DNA from: Gracilinanus agilis
Taxonomy: Eukaryota
Assembly: GCF_016433145.1 (NCBI RefSeq)
Contig: NC_058133.1
Location: 503,039,696-503,103,195 of the forward strand
Length of the DNA stretch: 63,500 nt
Direction of reading: 5' to 3'
Shown in pieces: positions 62,051 to 63,500 of the stretch. The notes under the pieces are model-generated. The model saw nothing but the letters and a program-made list of their open reading frames with translations, was not told where the DNA came from and did not search any database. Numbering within the stretch: position 1 is the first letter of the stretch; every line of letters begins with the position of its first letter. A program made the position numbers and the translations under genes.

Positions 62051-63500
62051 AGCCGCTACCACGGCAACGACAGCTGCGGTCACGTGGGGTGGCCTGCCCG
62101 GCGGGGAGCCGAGGGCGAGGGGAGGTCACGTGGTGGCCGCGCGGGGGCGGGGCCGCGGCCACCTAGGCCTCCGCGCAGCGAGGGGTTCTTTCTGAGCGAT
62201 CTCCGCGGATCCCCGCTGGCTGAGGTGCGCGTGCGTGTGCAGTGCCCAGTGGCGGTCACCCTAGCCTCATTTTACAGCTGGGGAAACAGCAGCATATGCT
62301 GCACCCTACCGTGTGCCGGGCACGAACTGAACCAAGCGCTTTGCAGAAAGGATCTCCCCAGGTCTTCACGCGTCCCCCCCACTCCAGAGACCTGGGTTCA
62401 GATTCCATTTCCGAATCGAACTACTAGTAGGACCCAATAGTCTCGGTTTCCCAAGATCCATCCCTTCCGCCTTTGGACCCCTGGACCCTCCTCCCCTCCT
62501 GACATCTGAGCCTGCCCACTCTTGCCCAGGAGCAATGGGCCCCCCCACGCCCTCACCGCCCACGCGCCAAGTGTCTGACAGCGAAGCTGAGCGAGTGGCC
62601 GGGGGAGCTCCGAGAACGAAGGCCACTAGGCTCCGGAGTCACCTGCCACCCGGCCTTGAACTGGGGGCAGGGCTGGACCCCCCCACGACCCACGTGTCCT
62701 CTCCTCTTCTCCTAAGGGACGACACCCAAGAGTTGCAGAGATACCATGTAGCAATGGCCACAGTTCTTGGGTTTGCTTTGGCAACTTGCAGATTAACTGA
62801 ATTCATTGTCTCCATTTGTCTCTGCTTCTCTCCTTTGTTTCTAAGTAGCCGAGCCTGCCATCGAGGGGCAAAAGGGAATCGCTTGGTCTGGGCCTTTCCT
62901 TTTTCTCTTCTCCGTACTCTTCCGGCATTTCTAGAACTACCGGGCCAGTGTGGGGGGGAGGGGGGGAGACCACTCTTAACGCCTTGGAATCACCTTCCCA
63001 CCAAAATAGAAGTTCTCCCTCCTCACTTGCACTCAGCATGCTTTTTACTGTTTATTATTACTAAATCTCTAAAACGGGGGAACAAAAGCATTTATAGGAG
63101 GGCCCACTAAGTCCTGGGCACGGCGATATTTCACAAGCCTCCAGCAGATCCCTTTCCACAACTGAGGACTGTGGCTAATTAGACTTGGTGTTAAAAGCTT
63201 GGGAAAATGTATACAATGGGCAAACCTCTTTGGGAGAGAGAGAGGGAGAGGGAGAGAGTTACAACAGTGAGGCCTGATTTTAATGGCCTAAAGAGCTGGT
63301 GATCAAAATGGTGATCAACAAGAGTTGAGTCTTATTTTTTTAAGTTTTAAGTTCTCGTGCTGAAAAGAAGACTTCTCAGCCTTGCAAAATCAATGCAGAT
63401 CCAATAAGAGCTGCCACCCGATCTTCTTCCCTTCCTCCTCCTCCTCCTCTCTTTCAGAATCTTTTTCTATAATTATATAATTCATGTTCTTTCCCTCCCC

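Larger units (their letters stand above)
60580..62350. promoter_or_regulatory. ORAI2 CpG island / promoter
   Basis: CpG-dense; GTCACGTG at 62079-62086 and 62125-62132; X-box-like GCTACCACGGCAAC 62055-62068; GC boxes at 62140-62155. Confidence 0.75.

Noticed and set aside
61293-62440. Several 200-290 aa ORFs on both strands of the ORAI2 CpG island
   Set aside because: Low-complexity GC-rich open frames; only the frame that joins ORAI2 by splicing was kept as a finding.
63051-63500. Possible PRKRIP1 3' end (minus-strand AATAAA at 63051-63056; Glu-rich frame near 63430-63460)
   Set aside because: Expected from synteny, but the translation does not match what I recall of the PRKRIP1 C-terminus.

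Overview
Vertebrate genomic DNA from a marsupial, most likely a didelphid opossum (Monodelphis or a close relative; inferred from the SINE1_Mdo-like and Mar1-like repeats). The window holds the conserved gene block RASA4(+, 5'-partial, 15 exons) - POLR2J(+, 4 exons, 117 aa) - LRWD1(-, 15 exons, 694 aa) - ALKBH4(+, 3 exons, 305 aa) - ORAI2(-, 2 coding exons plus an upstream non-coding exon). I rebuilt all exon chains by hand from GT-AG sites, and their phases join into continuous frames. There are three N gaps, many SINE/LINE fragments, two solo LTRs, a hAT MITE, a 12-bp minisatellite and a 1.4-kb compound microsatellite. I found no convincing new multi-gene system. The best leads are: (1) the ORAI2 leader exon is stop-free and in frame with the ORAI2 ATG if spliced directly, suggesting a possible non-AUG poly-Gly/Arg N-terminal extension; (2) an S/T-P repeat expansion in the LRWD1 linker; (3) repeated SINE insertion at one target site, giving triplicated TSDs at two loci; (4) back-to-back poly(A) signals shared by POLR2J and LRWD1; (5) an OC1/OposCharlie-like transposon of a family reported to be horizontally transferred. 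Human protein comparisons and repeat family names are from memory and need database confirmation.
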